This document shows, one piece after another, positions 55,518 through 64,000 of a stretch of DNA of 64,000 nucleotides; the first letter of the stretch is position 1; each line of letters begins with the position of its first letter. Both the position numbers and the translations under genes were made by a program. The notes below the pieces were generated by a model that saw nothing but the letters and a program-made list of their open reading frames with translations, was not told the origin of the DNA and did not search any database. The stretch covers positions 748,854 to 812,853 of the forward strand of contig JBGLNJ010000001.1 in assembly GCA_041300525.1 (NCBI GenBank). The letters are read 5' to 3'. This DNA is from Anaerolineae bacterium (GTDB lineage: Bacteria > Chloroflexota > Anaerolineae > Fen-1058).

Positions 55518-56536
55518 TCCGCGAATCAATCGCCAAACTGATGGATGATCAGAACCTGACACTCGCCGAAGCCGAAAGTGTGATGAACGAGATCATGGAC
55601 GGCTTGGCGACACACGCGCAGATGGCGGCGTTCCTGACGGCGCTGCGTTTGAAAGGCGAGACGGTGGACGAGATCACCGGCTGCGCGAAGGTGATGCGCG
55701 ACAAAGCGGTGGCGGTCCAGCCGACCCGTACGGATCTGGTGGACACGGCCGGCACGGGCGGCGACGGCGCGGACACGTTCAACATTTCCACGACGGCCGC
55801 ATTCGTCATCGCCGGCGCGGGACTGGGCGTGGCCAAGCACGGCAATCGGGCCGTGTCGAGCCAGAGTGGCAGCGCGGATGTGCTCGAGGCGCTCGGCGTG
55901 AACCTCGATCTGACGCCGGTCCAGGTGGCACGGTGCATTGACGAGATCGGCCTCGGGTTTTTGTTCGCCCAAAAGCTGCACCCCGCGATGAAGAACGTCG
56001 CGCCGGTCCGCAAAGAACTCGGCATCCGCACCATCTTTAACATCCTCGGCCCGCTGACGAATCCCGCGCGCACGCCCGCGCAGATCGTGGGCGTGTACGA
56101 CGCGCGGCTCACGACGACGATGGCGCACGTTTTGCACGCGCTCGGCGCGCGCGCCGCATTTGTGTTTCACAGCGAGGACGGCCTGGACGAGCTCACGACG
56201 ACGGGCATTAACCAAGTCGCACGTTTTGACAACGGCACGGTTTACGAAGGGGAACTGGATGCGTGCGCGTTGGGGCTGGCGCGCGCCTCGCGCGCCGACT
56301 TGCGTGGCGGTCGCCCCGATCAGAACGCGCAGACCACCCAGAACGTCCTCTCCGGCGCAGAGTGCGGTCCCAAGCGCGACGTGGTGGCGTTGAACGCGGC
56401 GGCGGCACTTGTCGCCGGCGGCAAGGCGCGTGACCTCCGGGAAGGTCTCGAACGCGCGAGCGATTCAATGGATTCAGGCGGGGCCATGCGCGTACTGGAT
56501 GGCCTGGTGGCGTTGAGCAACAGTTTTAGATTGTAG
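55514..56536 (+). CDS. trpD: Anthranilate phosphoribosyltransferase
   Basis: ...[22 protein letters not shown]...; 340 aa. Confidence 0.9.
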   Translation: MIRESIAKLMDDQNLTLAEAESVMNEIMDGLATHAQMAAFLTALRLKGETVDEITGCAKVMRDKAVAVQPTRTDLVDTAGTGGDGADTFNISTTAAFVIAGAGLGVAKHGNRAVSSQSGSADVLEALGVNLDLTPVQVARCIDEIGLGFLFAQKLHPAMKNVAPVRKELGIRTIFNILGPLTNPARTPAQIVGVYDARLTTTMAHVLHALGARAAFVFHSEDGLDELTTTGINQVARFDNGTVYEGELDACALGLARASRADLRGGRPDQNAQTTQNVLSGAECGPKRDVVALNAAAALVAGGKARDLREGLERASDSMDSGGAMRVLDGLVALSNSFRL

Positions 56537-56586
56537 ATTTCAGGTTGCAGATTTTAGATTAGCCGTCCCATTCTAACAATCCGCAA

Positions 56587-56690
56587 TTCAATGTCGTTAA
56601 GTTAGGGCCGTAGCGTAGGGCCTTGTGCCCGTTTCCGCGCTTGGAAAGACGCCCACAAGGGGCTATGCTACGCTTATCTTGATGACATTG
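56587..56690. repeat. ~100-bp repeat element, copy B (inverted relative to copy A), between trpD and trpC
   Basis: ATTCAATGTCGTTAAGTTAGGGCCGTAGCGTAGGGCCTTGTGCCCGTTTCCGCGCTTGGAAAGACGCCCACAAGGGGCTATGCTACGCTTATCTTGATGACATTGA. Confidence 0.8.
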
Positions 56691-56716
56691 ATCCGCAATT
56701 TAGGATCGGAAATCCA

Positions 56717-57529
56717 ATGATTCTTGATGACATTACCGCAAACACGCGCGCCGAGGTAACCGAGCGGCGTCGGCGTGTTCCACTTGCAGACATGCGCGCC
56801 CGCGCGGAATTGGCGCCGCCCGCGCGAGATTTTGAAAGCGTGCTCAAACACGAGCACGTCGCGCTGATTGCCGAAGTCAAATGGGCATCGCCTTCGCGCG
56901 GCGCGCTGCGCGCCGAGTTGGACCCGGCACAACTGGCGCGCGTCTATGCCAAGAGCGGCGCATCTGCCATTTCGGTCTTGACCGACGCCAAGTATTTCCA
57001 CGGCAGCCTGGCCGACCTGGAAGGCGCGCGCGCAGCGGTTGACGTGCCGGCGCTGCGCAAGGATTTCGTCGTGGACGAGTACCAGCTTTACGAAGCGCGC
57101 GCGCACCGGGCTGACGCGGCCCTCCTCATCGCGCGGATTCTGTCGGATGCCCAACTGCGCGATTACCTCGCGCTGGCGCGTTCGCTCGGCTTGGGCGCGC
57201 TGACCGAAGTTCACGATGAGGCGGAACTCGACCGCGCGCTGGCGGCGGAGGCGCGCATCATCGGCATCAACAATCGCAACCTGGCTGATTTTACCGTTAG
57301 CCTGGCGACGACAGAGCGGCTCGCGCCGCGCATCCCGCCCGGAAAAATCATCGTGGCTGAGAGCGCCATCTTTACCCGTGCAGATGTTGAGCGTGTCGCG
57401 CGAGCGGGCGCGCACGCGGCGCTCGTCGGTGAAGCCTTGATGCGCGCGGGAGACGTGGGGGCGAAAGTCAAGGAACTGTGCCAGGTCGCGTTTTGCCTCC
57501 TGCACCTTGCGCCCTGCGATTTGAGTTGA
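56717..57529 (+). CDS. trpC: Indole-3-glycerol phosphate synthase
   Basis: ...ALIAEVKWASPSRG...; 270 aa. Confidence 0.9.
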   Translation: MILDDITANTRAEVTERRRRVPLADMRARAELAPPARDFESVLKHEHVALIAEVKWASPSRGALRAELDPAQLARVYAKSGASAISVLTDAKYFHGSLADLEGARAAVDVPALRKDFVVDEYQLYEARAHRADAALLIARILSDAQLRDYLALARSLGLGALTEVHDEAELDRALAAEARIIGINNRNLADFTVSLATTERLAPRIPPGKIIVAESAIFTRADVERVARAGAHAALVGEALMRAGDVGAKVKELCQVAFCLLHLAPCDLS

Positions 57530-57535
57530 ACCAAT

Positions 57536-58264
57536 ATGACCTACGTCAAAATCTGCGGCATCACGAATCTGGACGACGCACTGGCAGCGGCAGAGGCGGG
57601 CGCAGACCTGTTGGGCTTTGTGTTCTTTTCCCGCTCGCCGCGCTGCATTGACCTGGAACGCGCGGGCGAAATCGTCGCGGCGCTCAAGCGGCGTGGCAAC
57701 GCTCTGCGTTTTGTCGGCGTGTTTGTGAACGAGCCGCTTGAGCGGGTGCGCGCGATTGCGGCGACCGCCCAACTCGATGTGGCGCAACTGCACGGCGACG
57801 AATCGCCGGAGATGGTGAGTGACTTGTCATCGCTCGGAGTTGAAACTCTGAGCTGCAAAACGACGCCGGATCAATCCGGCTTCCCAGCCTCATTCATGGG
57901 GCGCGGTAGATTGATCGCCGTGCGAGCATTGCGCCCGCGCCATGAAGCCGAGGCGCAGGCACAGGTGGAAGAGTATCGCGCTGCGGTGAACGGGAACGTG
58001 CCCGCGTTCATCGTGGACGCCTTTGACACGCAGCGATTCGGCGGGACCGGCGCGCGCGCCGATTGGGACATTGCCGCGCGAATCGCGCGCGAGTTCCCCA
58101 TCTTGTTGGCAGGTGGTTTGAATGTGGACAACGTCACGGAAGCCATTCGTGTCGTCCGACCCTGGGGCGTAGATGTGTCGTCCGGCGTCGAGCGCGCGCC
58201 GGGACTCAAAGACCAAGATAGAGTACGGCAGTTTGTTCGAGCGGCGAAAGGCGCACGTGGATGA
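57536..58264 (+). CDS. trpF: Phosphoribosylanthranilate isomerase (slightly extended, 242 aa)
   Basis: MTYVKICGITNLDDALAAAEAGADLLGFVF... Confidence 0.85.
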   Translation: MTYVKICGITNLDDALAAAEAGADLLGFVFFSRSPRCIDLERAGEIVAALKRRGNALRFVGVFVNEPLERVRAIAATAQLDVAQLHGDESPEMVSDLSSLGVETLSCKTTPDQSGFPASFMGRGRLIAVRALRPRHEAEAQAQVEEYRAAVNGNVPAFIVDAFDTQRFGGTGARADWDIAARIAREFPILLAGGLNVDNVTEAIRVVRPWGVDVSSGVERAPGLKDQDRVRQFVRAAKGARG

Positions 58265-58318
58265 GGCGAAAGACGGGGGAAGAAAACTCTGATCCTTCGT
58301 CGGGAATTGCGAGGTGAC

Positions 58319-59494
58319 ATGAACGGACGATTCGGACCTTATGGGGGCCAGTTTGTCCCCGAAACACTGATGCCTGTGCTGGCAGAGTTGGAAGAATCGC
58401 TCAATGCGGCGCTGGCCGATCAAGAATTCTGCGCGCAACTGGCCGACCTGGCCGCGCATTACTCGGGCCGGCCCACGCCGCTCTATTTTGCGCGGCGGCT
58501 GACGGAATATTGCGGCGGCGCGAAAATCTATCTCAAGCGTGAAGACCTGGCCCACACCGGCGCGCATAAAATCAACAACGCGCTCGGACAAGGGTTGCTG
58601 GCGCGGCGTATGGGCAAGGCGCGCATCGTGGCGGAAACAGGCGCGGGACAGCACGGCGTCGCGTCGGCGGCAGTGTGCGCGATGCTCGGCCTTCAGTGCG
58701 TCGTCTACATGGGCACGGAAGACATGCGCCGTCAAGCGCCGAATGTGTTTCGCATGAAATTGCTGGGCGCCGAGGTGCGCCCGGTGGATGGCGGCAGCGC
58801 CACACTCAAGGATGCCATCAACGAAGCCATCCGCGATTGGGTGACGAACGTCCGCGACACGCATTACCTGCTCGGCTCCGCGCTCGGCCCGCATCCTTAT
58901 CCGATCATGGTGCGCGAATTTCAATCCGTCATCGGCCACGAGGCGCGCGCGCAAATCCTGGACGCGGAAGGCCGGCTGCCGGATTTGCTCATCGCGTGCG
59001 TCGGCGGCGGGTCGAATGCTATCGGTTTGTTTGATGCTTTCCGCGACGACGACGTCGCCCTGCTCGGCGTCGAGGCGGGCGGATTGGGGATTGCCTCAGG
59101 CCAGCACGCGGCGCGGTTTGCCGAGGCGCGGCCTGGCGTGTTGCAGGGGACGTACACCTACGTCTTGCAAGACGACGACGGTCAGATTCGCGGCACGCAC
59201 TCGGTTTCGGCCGGGTTGGACTATGCCGCCGTCGGCCCGGAGCACGCTTACTTGCGCGACACCGAGCGCTCGGGTTACACCTATGCCACCGACGATGAGG
59301 CGCTCAACGCGTTCGCCAAGCTGTCGCAGATCGAAGGCATCATCCCTGCGCTCGAATCGGCGCATGCAGTGGCGGAGACGATCAAGCGAGCGCCTATGAT
59401 GAAGCGCGACCAGATTATCCTGGTGAATTTATCGGGGCGCGGCGACAAGGACTTGCAGACCGTTATGGATGCTGGAATGGCGAATGACGAATGA
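58319..59494 (+). CDS. trpB: Tryptophan synthase beta subunit
   Basis: [18 protein letters not shown]...; PLP-binding [10 protein letters not shown]-terminal MANDE* is encoded by a heptamer repeat. Confidence 0.9.
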   Translation: MNGRFGPYGGQFVPETLMPVLAELEESLNAALADQEFCAQLADLAAHYSGRPTPLYFARRLTEYCGGAKIYLKREDLAHTGAHKINNALGQGLLARRMGKARIVAETGAGQHGVASAAVCAMLGLQCVVYMGTEDMRRQAPNVFRMKLLGAEVRPVDGGSATLKDAINEAIRDWVTNVRDTHYLLGSALGPHPYPIMVREFQSVIGHEARAQILDAEGRLPDLLIACVGGGSNAIGLFDAFRDDDVALLGVEAGGLGIASGQHAARFAEARPGVLQGTYTYVLQDDDGQIRGTHSVSAGLDYAAVGPEHAYLRDTERSGYTYATDDEALNAFAKLSQIEGIIPALESAHAVAETIKRAPMMKRDQIILVNLSGRGDKDLQTVMDAGMANDE

Positions 59495-59540
59495 CGAAGG
59501 CATAGTTCATCTTTCGTCGTTCGTCCTTCGTCAGTCTTGA
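59474..59540. repeat. Inverted heptamer-array hairpin (GAATGGC GAATGAC GAATGAC GAAGG ... CTTTCGTCGTTCGTCCTTCGTC) spanning the trpB stop
   Basis: Read directly from the sequence; the TGA stop lies within the GAATGAC unit. Confidence 0.6.
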
Positions 59541-59550
59541 TAGGAGAGGC

Positions 59551-60342
59551 ATGAGCCGATTAGACGAAACTTTCGCCCGATTGAAAACGGAACGTCGCGC
59601 GGCGTTGATGCCATACCTGCCGCTCGGATTCCCGACGCTGGACGTGTCTCGGCAACTGATTCGCGCGGCAGCCGACGCGGGCGCAGATGTCATTGAACTG
59701 GGCGTCCCTTTCAGCGACCCGTTGGCGGACGGCCCGGTGATTCAACGCGCCACATACGCCGCGCTGCAAAACGGCATGACGCTGGCGGAATGTTTCGAGA
59801 TGGCGCGTAAAGCGCGCCAGGCGGGCGTGACGGTTCCTCTCGTCTTGATGGGCTATTACAATCCCATCTTGCGATTCGGCGTCGAAGCATGCGCGCGCGC
59901 AGCGCAAGACGCGGGCGCGGACGGCTTTATCGTGCCGGATTTGCCGCCTGAAGAAGCGGGCGCGTTGGACGCAGCCTGCCGTGCCCGTGAACTCGATTTG
60001 ATTTTTCTGGCCGCGCCGACGAGCACGGCTGAACGATTGCGCCTCATCGCTGAGGCGACGCGCGGGTTCATGTACCTGGTGTCCGTCGTCGGCGTCACGG
60101 GCGCGCGAGAGCGGATGGCCGCCGACCTCACCGAATTTGTGGCGCGCGTGCGGACCGCCACGACGAAACCGGTGTGCGTGGGCTTTGGCATCGCCAACGC
60201 AGAGACGGCGCGAGCCGTCGCCGGATGCGCGGACGGCGTGATCGTGGGCAGCGCGCTCGTCTCGCGGATTGGGGAAGCCGAGCACGCAGTTCGTGCGGCT
60301 CAACAGTTCATCGCAGAATTGCGCGCGGCGATAGATGCTTGA
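59551..60342 (+). CDS. trpA: Tryptophan synthase alpha subunit
   Basis: ...ELGVPFSDPLADGPVIQ... Confidence 0.9.
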   Translation: MSRLDETFARLKTERRAALMPYLPLGFPTLDVSRQLIRAAADAGADVIELGVPFSDPLADGPVIQRATYAALQNGMTLAECFEMARKARQAGVTVPLVLMGYYNPILRFGVEACARAAQDAGADGFIVPDLPPEEAGALDAACRARELDLIFLAAPTSTAERLRLIAEATRGFMYLVSVVGVTGARERMAADLTEFVARVRTATTKPVCVGFGIANAETARAVAGCADGVIVGSALVSRIGEAEHAVRAAQQFIAELRAAIDA

Positions 60343-60497
60343 CAAAGAGATATGATGTGGTAAACTACTGCCCACTTGAGGCCTGTCATGCCGAGACTCT
60401 ATTCGACCTTTGCGTTTTATTATTACTTTTATTTTACCGCCATAGCGCGGGGTCGAATCGTCACGCCGAACGACTAGGCTAGTCGAACGAGATTCAA

Positions 60498-60533
60498 AAG
60501 AGCGTGGGATTTCAACCCCACGCTCTTTTTGTT
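60498..60533 (+). terminator. Rho-independent terminator after trpA
   Basis: AGAGCGTGGG-ATTTCAA-CCCACGCTCT followed by TTTTTGTTTATC. Confidence 0.6.
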
Positions 60534-60551
60534 TATCTTTTTCCATCGTCA

Positions 60552-60608
60552 CCCTTGCGAAGGTTTTCGCTGATTTCGCAGCGGACGCCGGGCCAACCTT
60601 CGCAAGGG
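60552..60608 (+). promoter_or_regulatory. 14-bp-stem hairpin (CCCTTGCGAAGGTT-N29-AACCTTCGCAAGGG) in the aroH 5' leader
   Basis: Perfect inverted repeat ending 20 nt before the aroH ATG. Confidence 0.35.
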
Positions 60609-60628
60609 CGGTTCCTGGGAGTTTCAGC

Positions 60629-60994
60629 ATGGCTTTGCGTGGAATCCGTGGCGCGACGACGGCGCGAGAAAACACCAGCGAGGCGATTCTGGATGCGACG
60701 CGTGAACTGCTCGACGCCCTAATCCAGGCGAACAATCTGTGCGCGGCGGACATTGCCAGCATCTATTTCACGGTGACGCCAGACCTGGACGCCGCGTTCC
60801 CGGCGGCGGCCGCGCGGAGCCTGGGGTGGAGTGACGTCGCCCTGCTCGACGCGCAGGCTCCGCGCGTGACGAATGACGTGCCCCGTTGCATCCGCGTGCT
60901 GATTCATTGGAACACCGACCGGGCTGACCACGACGTCCGGCACGTGTATTTGCACGGCGCATGCGTTTTGAGGCCCGACCGCGCCGGTGATTGA
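60629..60994 (+). CDS. aroH: Chorismate mutase, AroH class (monofunctional, ~120 aa)
   Basis: MALRGIRGATTARENTSEAILDATRELL...DIASIYFTVTPDLDAAFPAAAARSLGW...RHVYLHGACVLRPD matches B. subtilis AroH-type chorismate mutase. Confidence 0.8.
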   Translation: MALRGIRGATTARENTSEAILDATRELLDALIQANNLCAADIASIYFTVTPDLDAAFPAAAARSLGWSDVALLDAQAPRVTNDVPRCIRVLIHWNTDRADHDVRHVYLHGACVLRPDRAGD

Positions 60995-61057
60995 ATCGGA
61001 GGCCGAAATGGTTTCGAGTCGCGCGACCAGCGTGGCTGAAGCGATTGGGCGGACAGC

Positions 61058-61930
61058 GTGAAGGAGCCTCCCTTTTCACTGCGCGATGCGACGGTCGCCA
61101 TCGTCGGCCTCGGCTTGATGGGCGGCTCGTTGGCGATGGCGCTGCGCGCCCGGAACGCTTGCCGGAAAATCCTGGGCATCACTCGCAACGCTGCCGCGCG
61201 CCAGGCGATTCTTTCCGGCGCGGTCGTAGATGCAGCCAGTGCGGATTTGACTCTGGCTGCCGAGGCAGATGTCATCATCTTGGCGACGCCGGTGCGCGCC
61301 ATTCTCGACCAACTCCCGCAGGTCGGCGCAATCGCGCGCGGGGGAGCTATCATTATGGACTTTGGGTCTACTAAACTCGAAATCACTCACGCGATGGAAG
61401 CCTTGCCGGCTCACGTCGAACCGGTCGGCGCGCACCCGATGTGCGGCAAAGAAATGTTCGGGTTCGATGCCGCCGACGCGGACCTGTATCGCAATGCTGT
61501 GTTTGTCTTGACGCCGCTCGCCCGGGCATCCGCTTCCACCCTGGCTTTTGCGGAATCACTTGCCGTCATGCTGGGCGCGCGTCCTGTCGTTCTCGACCCG
61601 GCGCGGCACGATAAAATCGTCGCGGCCATCAGCCATCTGCCTTTTGCGCTGGCCGCAACGCTGATGACGACCGCCAATGAACTCGCCCGCGCCGATGATT
61701 CGTTGTACGTTCTGGCCGCGAGCGGTTTCCGCGATACTTCGCGCCTGGCTGCCGGCGATACGACGATGATGCTCGACATCCTGCTGACCAACCACGAAAA
61801 CGTGGCCGCCACGCTGCGTGCTTACGCGCAGCATCTGGACGAGCTGGCCGAGTTGATTGACCGGCAAGACGAGACTGCGCTGTGCGCCATTTTGCAGGAC
61901 GCAGCCATGAAACGTCGCCGTCTCTTTTGA
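61058..61930 (+). CDS. tyrA: Prephenate (or arogenate) dehydrogenase
   Basis: Rossmann IVGLGLMGGSLAMAL and the TyrA core. Confidence 0.8.
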   Translation: MKEPPFSLRDATVAIVGLGLMGGSLAMALRARNACRKILGITRNAAARQAILSGAVVDAASADLTLAAEADVIILATPVRAILDQLPQVGAIARGGAIIMDFGSTKLEITHAMEALPAHVEPVGAHPMCGKEMFGFDAADADLYRNAVFVLTPLARASASTLAFAESLAVMLGARPVVLDPARHDKIVAAISHLPFALAATLMTTANELARADDSLYVLAASGFRDTSRLAAGDTTMMLDILLTNHENVAATLRAYAQHLDELAELIDRQDETALCAILQDAAMKRRRLF

Positions 61931-61962
61931 TTTCGGATTCGGAAATTCAGCGGAGGAGAAAC

Positions 61963-62799
61963 GTGACACGAGTAACTTTTCAAGGCGTCGCCGGAGCTTA
62001 TTCGGAGGAGGCCACCCGCCAGTTCTTTGGCTCGGAGGTGGAAGGCGTTCCGTGCAAGAGACTGGAGGACATGTTCGCTGCTGTGGAAAGCGGCGATGCC
62101 ACCTATGGAATGTTGCCAGTGGAGAACGCCGTCGCCGGTTCCGTGACCGGGTCCTACGAACTGCTGATGGAGCACGACTTGCGCGTCCGGGCCGAGGTGA
62201 TTTTCCGCGTGCGCCACATGCTGATGGCCGCACCGGGCGCCAAGATAGGCGACCTGAAGCGCGTGCGGTCGCACCCGCAGGCGTTAGCCCAGTGCGAACG
62301 ATACCTGATTCGCCGTGGTTTGGAGCCTGTGCCCGCTTTTGACACAGCCGGCAGCGCGCGCGACTTGGCTCAGAATCCCGAACTGGAGACCGGCGCCGTC
62401 GCCGGCGCGCTGGCCGCCGAGTTGTACGGCCTGGAGATTCTCGACCGAGGCATCGAGGACCTGGCTTTTAACTACACTCGTTTCTTCGTTCTGGGCCTGG
62501 AAGATCCGTCCCGTTCCCAGCGCAGCAAGACCTCGCTCGTGTTCACCACGCGACACCAACCCGGCGCCTTGTACGAAAGCCTGGGCGAGTTTGCCAGGCG
62601 CGGCGTCAATCTATCCAAGATCGAGTCGCGCCCCCGCCGCAACCAGCCGTGGCAATACCTCTTTTACTTGGACTTTGAAGGCCATTGGCAAGACCCGCAA
62701 TGCGAGGCGGCGATCATGGCGTTGTTGCGCCGTTCTTCGTTCGTCAAATTGCTCGGCTCTTACCCGGCGGCGACGACGCCGGTAGACGATGAGCCGTAA
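61963..62799 (+). CDS. pheA: Prephenate dehydratase with C-terminal ACT domain
   Basis: GTG start after RBS GGAGGAG. ...[12 protein letters not shown]...[10 protein letters not shown]...TRF... plus ACT region. Confidence 0.85.
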   Translation: MTRVTFQGVAGAYSEEATRQFFGSEVEGVPCKRLEDMFAAVESGDATYGMLPVENAVAGSVTGSYELLMEHDLRVRAEVIFRVRHMLMAAPGAKIGDLKRVRSHPQALAQCERYLIRRGLEPVPAFDTAGSARDLAQNPELETGAVAGALAAELYGLEILDRGIEDLAFNYTRFFVLGLEDPSRSQRSKTSLVFTTRHQPGALYESLGEFARRGVNLSKIESRPRRNQPWQYLFYLDFEGHWQDPQCEAAIMALLRRSSFVKLLGSYPAATTPVDDEP

Positions 62800-62812
62800 G
62801 GAGGGCCCCAGC

Positions 62813-63847
62813 ATGTCAAAAGGTGAAACCAATATCATCATCGTGATGCGCAAAGGCGCGATGGCTCGCCAGATCGCCAACGTCATCGCCCGCGTCGAGC
62901 AGATGGGGTGTCAGACGTATATCTCGGAAGGCGAGGAGCACACCACTATCGGCGTCGTCGGCAACGGTCGCCCCCTGAATCGCGAGCAGATCGAGCTGAT
63001 GGATGGCGTCGAGCGAACGGTGCCCATCCTGCGGCCTTTCAGACTGGCCAGCCGCGAGTTCCACCCGCAAGACACGGTCGTCCCGATCAACGGGATCGCG
63101 GTCGGCGGCGAGCGGGTGATTGTGATGGCCGGCCCGTGCGCTGTCGAAAGCCGCGAGCAACTGATGGAGACTGCGCGCGCCGTAAAGTCAGCCGGGGCGC
63201 ACGTCTTGCGCGGTGGGGCGTTCAAGCCGCGCTCTTCTCCTTATAGTTTCCAGGGCTTGGGTGAGGAGGGCCTAAAGCTGCTGGCCCAGGCGCGCGAGGA
63301 GACAGGGCTTCCCGTCGTCACCGAAGTGATGGACTCCGACACCGTGCCGCTGGTCACCACTTACGCCGACATTCTCCAGATCGGCGCGCGCAACATGCAA
63401 AACTATTCGTTGCTGCACGCGGTCGGCCAGGCGCAGCGGCCGGTGCTGCTCAAGCGTGGCTTGATGTCCACCATCGAGGAATTGTTGATGGCCGCCGAGT
63501 ACATTCTCTCTCACGGCAACAACCGCATCATCCTGTGCGAGCGCGGCATCCGCACCTTTGAGCCTTATACGCGCAACACACTCGACATCAGCGCCGTGCC
63601 GTTGATCAAACAACTCTCCCATCTGCCGGTGATCGTTGACCCCAGCCATGCGACGGGCAAGTGGGAATTGGTCGAGCCGGTCTCGCGGGCGGCTGTGGCA
63701 GCCGGAGCCGACGGGCTGGAGATCGAGGTGCATCCCCATCCCGAAGAAGCGCTCTCGGATGGCGCGCAATCCCTCAAACCGGCGCGTTTCGCCGCGCTGA
63801 TGGAGAGCCTGCGGCCTATCGCGCAAGCCGTGGGACGGAGGATGTGA
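62813..63847 (+). CDS. 3-deoxy-7-phosphoheptulonate (DAHP) synthase, type I-beta, with N-terminal ferredoxin-like/ACT regulatory domain
   Basis: N-terminal regulatory domain ([26 protein letters not shown]) followed by a KDO8PS-like barrel (...AGPCAVES...[19 protein letters not shown]...VDPSHATG). Confidence 0.85.
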   Translation: MSKGETNIIIVMRKGAMARQIANVIARVEQMGCQTYISEGEEHTTIGVVGNGRPLNREQIELMDGVERTVPILRPFRLASREFHPQDTVVPINGIAVGGERVIVMAGPCAVESREQLMETARAVKSAGAHVLRGGAFKPRSSPYSFQGLGEEGLKLLAQAREETGLPVVTEVMDSDTVPLVTTYADILQIGARNMQNYSLLHAVGQAQRPVLLKRGLMSTIEELLMAAEYILSHGNNRIILCERGIRTFEPYTRNTLDISAVPLIKQLSHLPVIVDPSHATGKWELVEPVSRAAVAAGADGLEIEVHPHPEEALSDGAQSLKPARFAALMESLRPIAQAVGRRM

Positions 63848-63924
63848 CGGTGGATTTTAGGAGAGTGCAATTAAGGGGGCAATGTCGCCGTTTGAGATTG
63901 GAGATTTTAGATTTGGGAGCATCC

Positions 63925-64000
63925 ATGTCTGAATTGCATATCTCTCCCGCGAATCACTCGCTGCACGGGAGCATCCGCGTCCCTGCCGACAAGTCCATCT
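63925..64000 (+). CDS. aroA: 3-phosphoshikimate 1-carboxyvinyltransferase (EPSP synthase), 5' end only
   Basis: MSELHISPANHSLHGSIRVPADKSI..., the typical AroA N-terminus (…G.I.VPGDKSISHR). Truncated by the window end. Confidence 0.6.
   Translation, partial: MSELHISPANHSLHGSIRVPADKSI

Noticed and set aside
53465-60762. Several long minus-strand ORFs antisense to trpE, trpC, trpF/trpB and trpA (53465..54484, 56663..57793, 57890..58954, 59560..60762)
   Set aside because: The plus-strand genes are unambiguous trp enzymes; the antisense ORFs are GC artefacts.
1-64000. CRISPR arrays, rRNA genes, integrases/transposases
   Set aside because: No spaced direct repeats with unique spacers, no rRNA-like stretches, and no recognisable recombinase ORFs were seen. 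The repeat families present are hairpin/heptamer elements and one 100-bp inverted pair, not CRISPR.

Overview
This is a GC-rich (~62-65%) bacterial chromosomal window. Gene content is consistent with Chloroflexota (Chloroflexi): a T-box-regulated trp operon, the ribosomal-cluster organisation, and abundant Pro/Thr-linker lipoproteins; this placement is an inference. From start to end the window contains the following.

1. A minus-strand sugar-acid uptake and catabolism island: LacI-family regulator, ABC substrate-binding protein, two ABC permeases, Eda (KDPG aldolase), a KduI/IolB-family isomerase and KduD.
2. A disrupted comEC.
3. A ~2.2k-aa multi-domain surface protein (Big, DUF11, PKD, MAM-like and PPC domains), followed by a small paralog of its C-terminal module.
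4. The giant gene abuts a 5'-truncated rplO, followed by secY, adk, map, rpmJ, rpsM, rpsK, rpsD, rpoA, rplQ, truA, rplM and rpsI.
5. An SDR oxidoreductase, a YabN/MazG-like protein and an SH3b-domain secreted protein.
6. An unusual minus-strand operon: NfeD-like protein with a His-Asp repeat, a small membrane protein, flotillin, PspA/IM30, and a K-channel-like pore protein.
7. lgt, a tlpA-like thioredoxin, a PQQ-dependent sugar dehydrogenase and an acyl-CoA dehydrogenase.
8. A QueG::EtfA chimeric remnant.
9. An orphan CpaF-like ATPase, a KAS-III-like protein and a LuxR regulator.
10. Two paralogous alkaline-phosphatase-superfamily (NPP-like) proteins flanking a GT2 polyprenyl-phosphate glycosyltransferase.
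11. A UPF0175/DUF3368 toxin-antitoxin pair and an M48 peptidase.
12. A full aromatic amino-acid supraoperon: T-box leader, trpEGDCFBA, aroH, tyrA, pheA, DAHP synthase, and the start of aroA.

The most striking non-genic signal is a dispersed family of intergenic hairpin elements built from tandem 7-nt units (GAATGAC-like, TGCGTAC-like, CATCCTT-like) arranged as inverted arrays. They sit at many gene boundaries and sometimes supply start or stop codons. A second is a ~100-bp near-perfect inverted repeat pair bracketing the T-box-trpEGD segment.
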